From Fimbriosthenelais zetlandica (taxonomy: Eukaryota): DNA of 64,000 bases. The position numbers were made by a program, and so were the translations under genes. Positions 62,308-64,000 of the stretch are shown here, in pieces (the stretch's first letter is position 1; each line of letters starts with the position of its first letter). The stretch is taken from the NCBI GenBank assembly GCA_977030845.1, contig OZ365115.1:2046001-2110000 (forward strand). The letters run 5' to 3'. Below the pieces are notes generated by a model, which had not been told where the DNA came from, ran no database searches, and was given only the letters and a program-made list of their open reading frames with translations.

Positions 62308-64000
62308 GTGTGGGTGTTTGTAGCCCACATCAAGCCAAGTTAAAGTGTCATGCAGGCCTCAGTCGGGATTCCACTGCATTCATTCTGCAGTCCCGACTTT
62401 TGGAGATTTTCAGGGAATAACCTAAGTTGGAAAAGTGAAAAATAAAAGCCGTGCAACCACCTACATTAACACAGAGTATGAATGATTCTGATACAAATAT
62501 GAGAGAGCATGCGCAAAGACAAAAATATCAAATATTGGTACATTGTCCCAAAGCATCTGTTTTGTATCAGAGTCGTGCATACACTCAGAAAACAGAAAGG
62601 AAACAAATTCAAAATAACAGTTCTGAATTATTGAATTAAAATATTCAGACCATCAATTTTCCTCTTCATGGGATGGTGACGCACTGGCCTGTATGGATGC
62701 GATGGTTCTGACATGAATCTGTGTGGATAAGAAGCCTTACTAATTACCTTACTAACCTGCAGGAGCAATATGGGGGAGTCAATGATGACCCCCCATCTCT
62801 GACTGACTGTAGGTGATTTATTATACCAGCAGGGTTTATGGGTTTCTACTCTTGCCTGTACGTGCCCCTGCAATGACCTTGGAATCCCTCAAATGGATTA
62901 TGAGACCTACAATGGTCTGTTTATAACATTGGCTTCTTCATCACCATGCAGTCTGTTCCCTTGCAGTAATTTTTATGAAATTCTGCATCGGTTCCAGACG
63001 GTCACATATAATATCTGGGCATCTCCTGATATATTATAACCCTATTGCAAAAGCATTGCACGCGCGTGTGCAAAATTCTTTATATCTTAAAATTATGCGT
63101 ATATATAATTATAATGTATAACGGATATTTGAGACTATAGCCGATACCCATTATATTGATATAATGTGTCCTTATGCATGAGTTTCTATGGCAACTGTTT
63201 CCTAAATTGAGACTTAGTATTATCATCTGGGGATGTTTTCACCACTATCATTGTGATAATATACTGCATGTTCTGGGTATGTTTCTTAGCATTTTGGCAG
63301 GGCTTAACGCGTATTATATATAATCAAATCATATATAGATTGACGTAGAGGATGCTGTAGGCCTATAGCAAGAACATTTTTTCCACTGGTTGACTTATAA
63401 CTATAACAAAATAATACCTAATGGCTTGAAGAATTTCAGTTGAAATTGGAATTATAGGAAAAAAGGGACCAACCGACTATAAGTTACGATATTAATTTTA
63501 ACGTAGGCCCACACCAACATGCTTGACAGACAGATTGAATTTTGGGGAAAGGCAATTCAAAGAATTTTTGAAAAGACTGACTGTCAATCGGCTTGGTGTG
63601 TGAGGACCTTAAGATATTATCAATGGAAGGAACAGCTGCGTGGTTGTCAACCGATGGAAAAATCGGTTCAGTGCATCCGATGTTTAATATATAAGAATGT
63701 TGCTTCATCATGTACCTTCACTAGTGTATTATACGTGATAATTCACTGCTTTATATCATATATATACTCATATATACACGTGTATATAACTGAGATTTTA
63801 TTTCAGCTTTGACATAATATTATTATTATTAATATATTCCTCACTGATCTGTGTACCACTGCTGCAAGATTGTCCAAACATCTCCTAAACATTGACATTT
63901 AATCCACTCTTCCCACTGATGGTATTAACACTGATGTTAAACGCACCCATTATTTTGGTCATTTATGACAAGTTTTGATGGTTATAGAATAGAATAATTC

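Noticed and set aside
63484-63812. Frameshifted peptide-like stretch (GERQFKEFLKRL../EDLKILSMEG..)
   Set aside because: Interrupted by stops and frameshifts; cannot be assigned, and is at most an old transposase fragment.

Overview
AT-rich, intron-containing animal (invertebrate-like) genomic DNA. Four protein-coding loci can be supported. (1, 2) A tandem pair of cytosolic sulfotransferases on +, at 3241-4705 and 6524-7685, each with 3 coding exons. They share a 224-bp near-identical gene-conversion tract, and the first copy has an apparent stop-loss C-terminal tail of 15-bp/pentapeptide repeats. (3) A 4-exon hairy/E(spl) (HES) bHLH-Orange-WRPW repressor on -, at 20306-27783, which the ORF track shows only in fragments. 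It has His instead of the family-diagnostic basic-region Pro, a canonical PLDLS CtBP motif, and K-box seeds in its 3' UTR. (4) A 481-aa single-ORF protein with two C-terminal TM helices at 60862-62307 (+). An intact tRNA-His(GUG) lies on - at 60036-60107. The rest looks like a large non-coding regulatory landscape: CpG/TF-motif islands, about 19 RFX X-boxes, TALE (TGACAG) clusters in the HES introns, CTCF-like motif clusters and nuclear-receptor DR5/DR1 repeats. It also carries PIF/Harbinger-like MITEs, SINEs, minisatellites and GA/CT microsatellites. I found no CRISPR array, rRNA or autonomous transposon. Most short ORFs in the track are judged spurious. All family assignments come from motif recognition by eye, not database searches.
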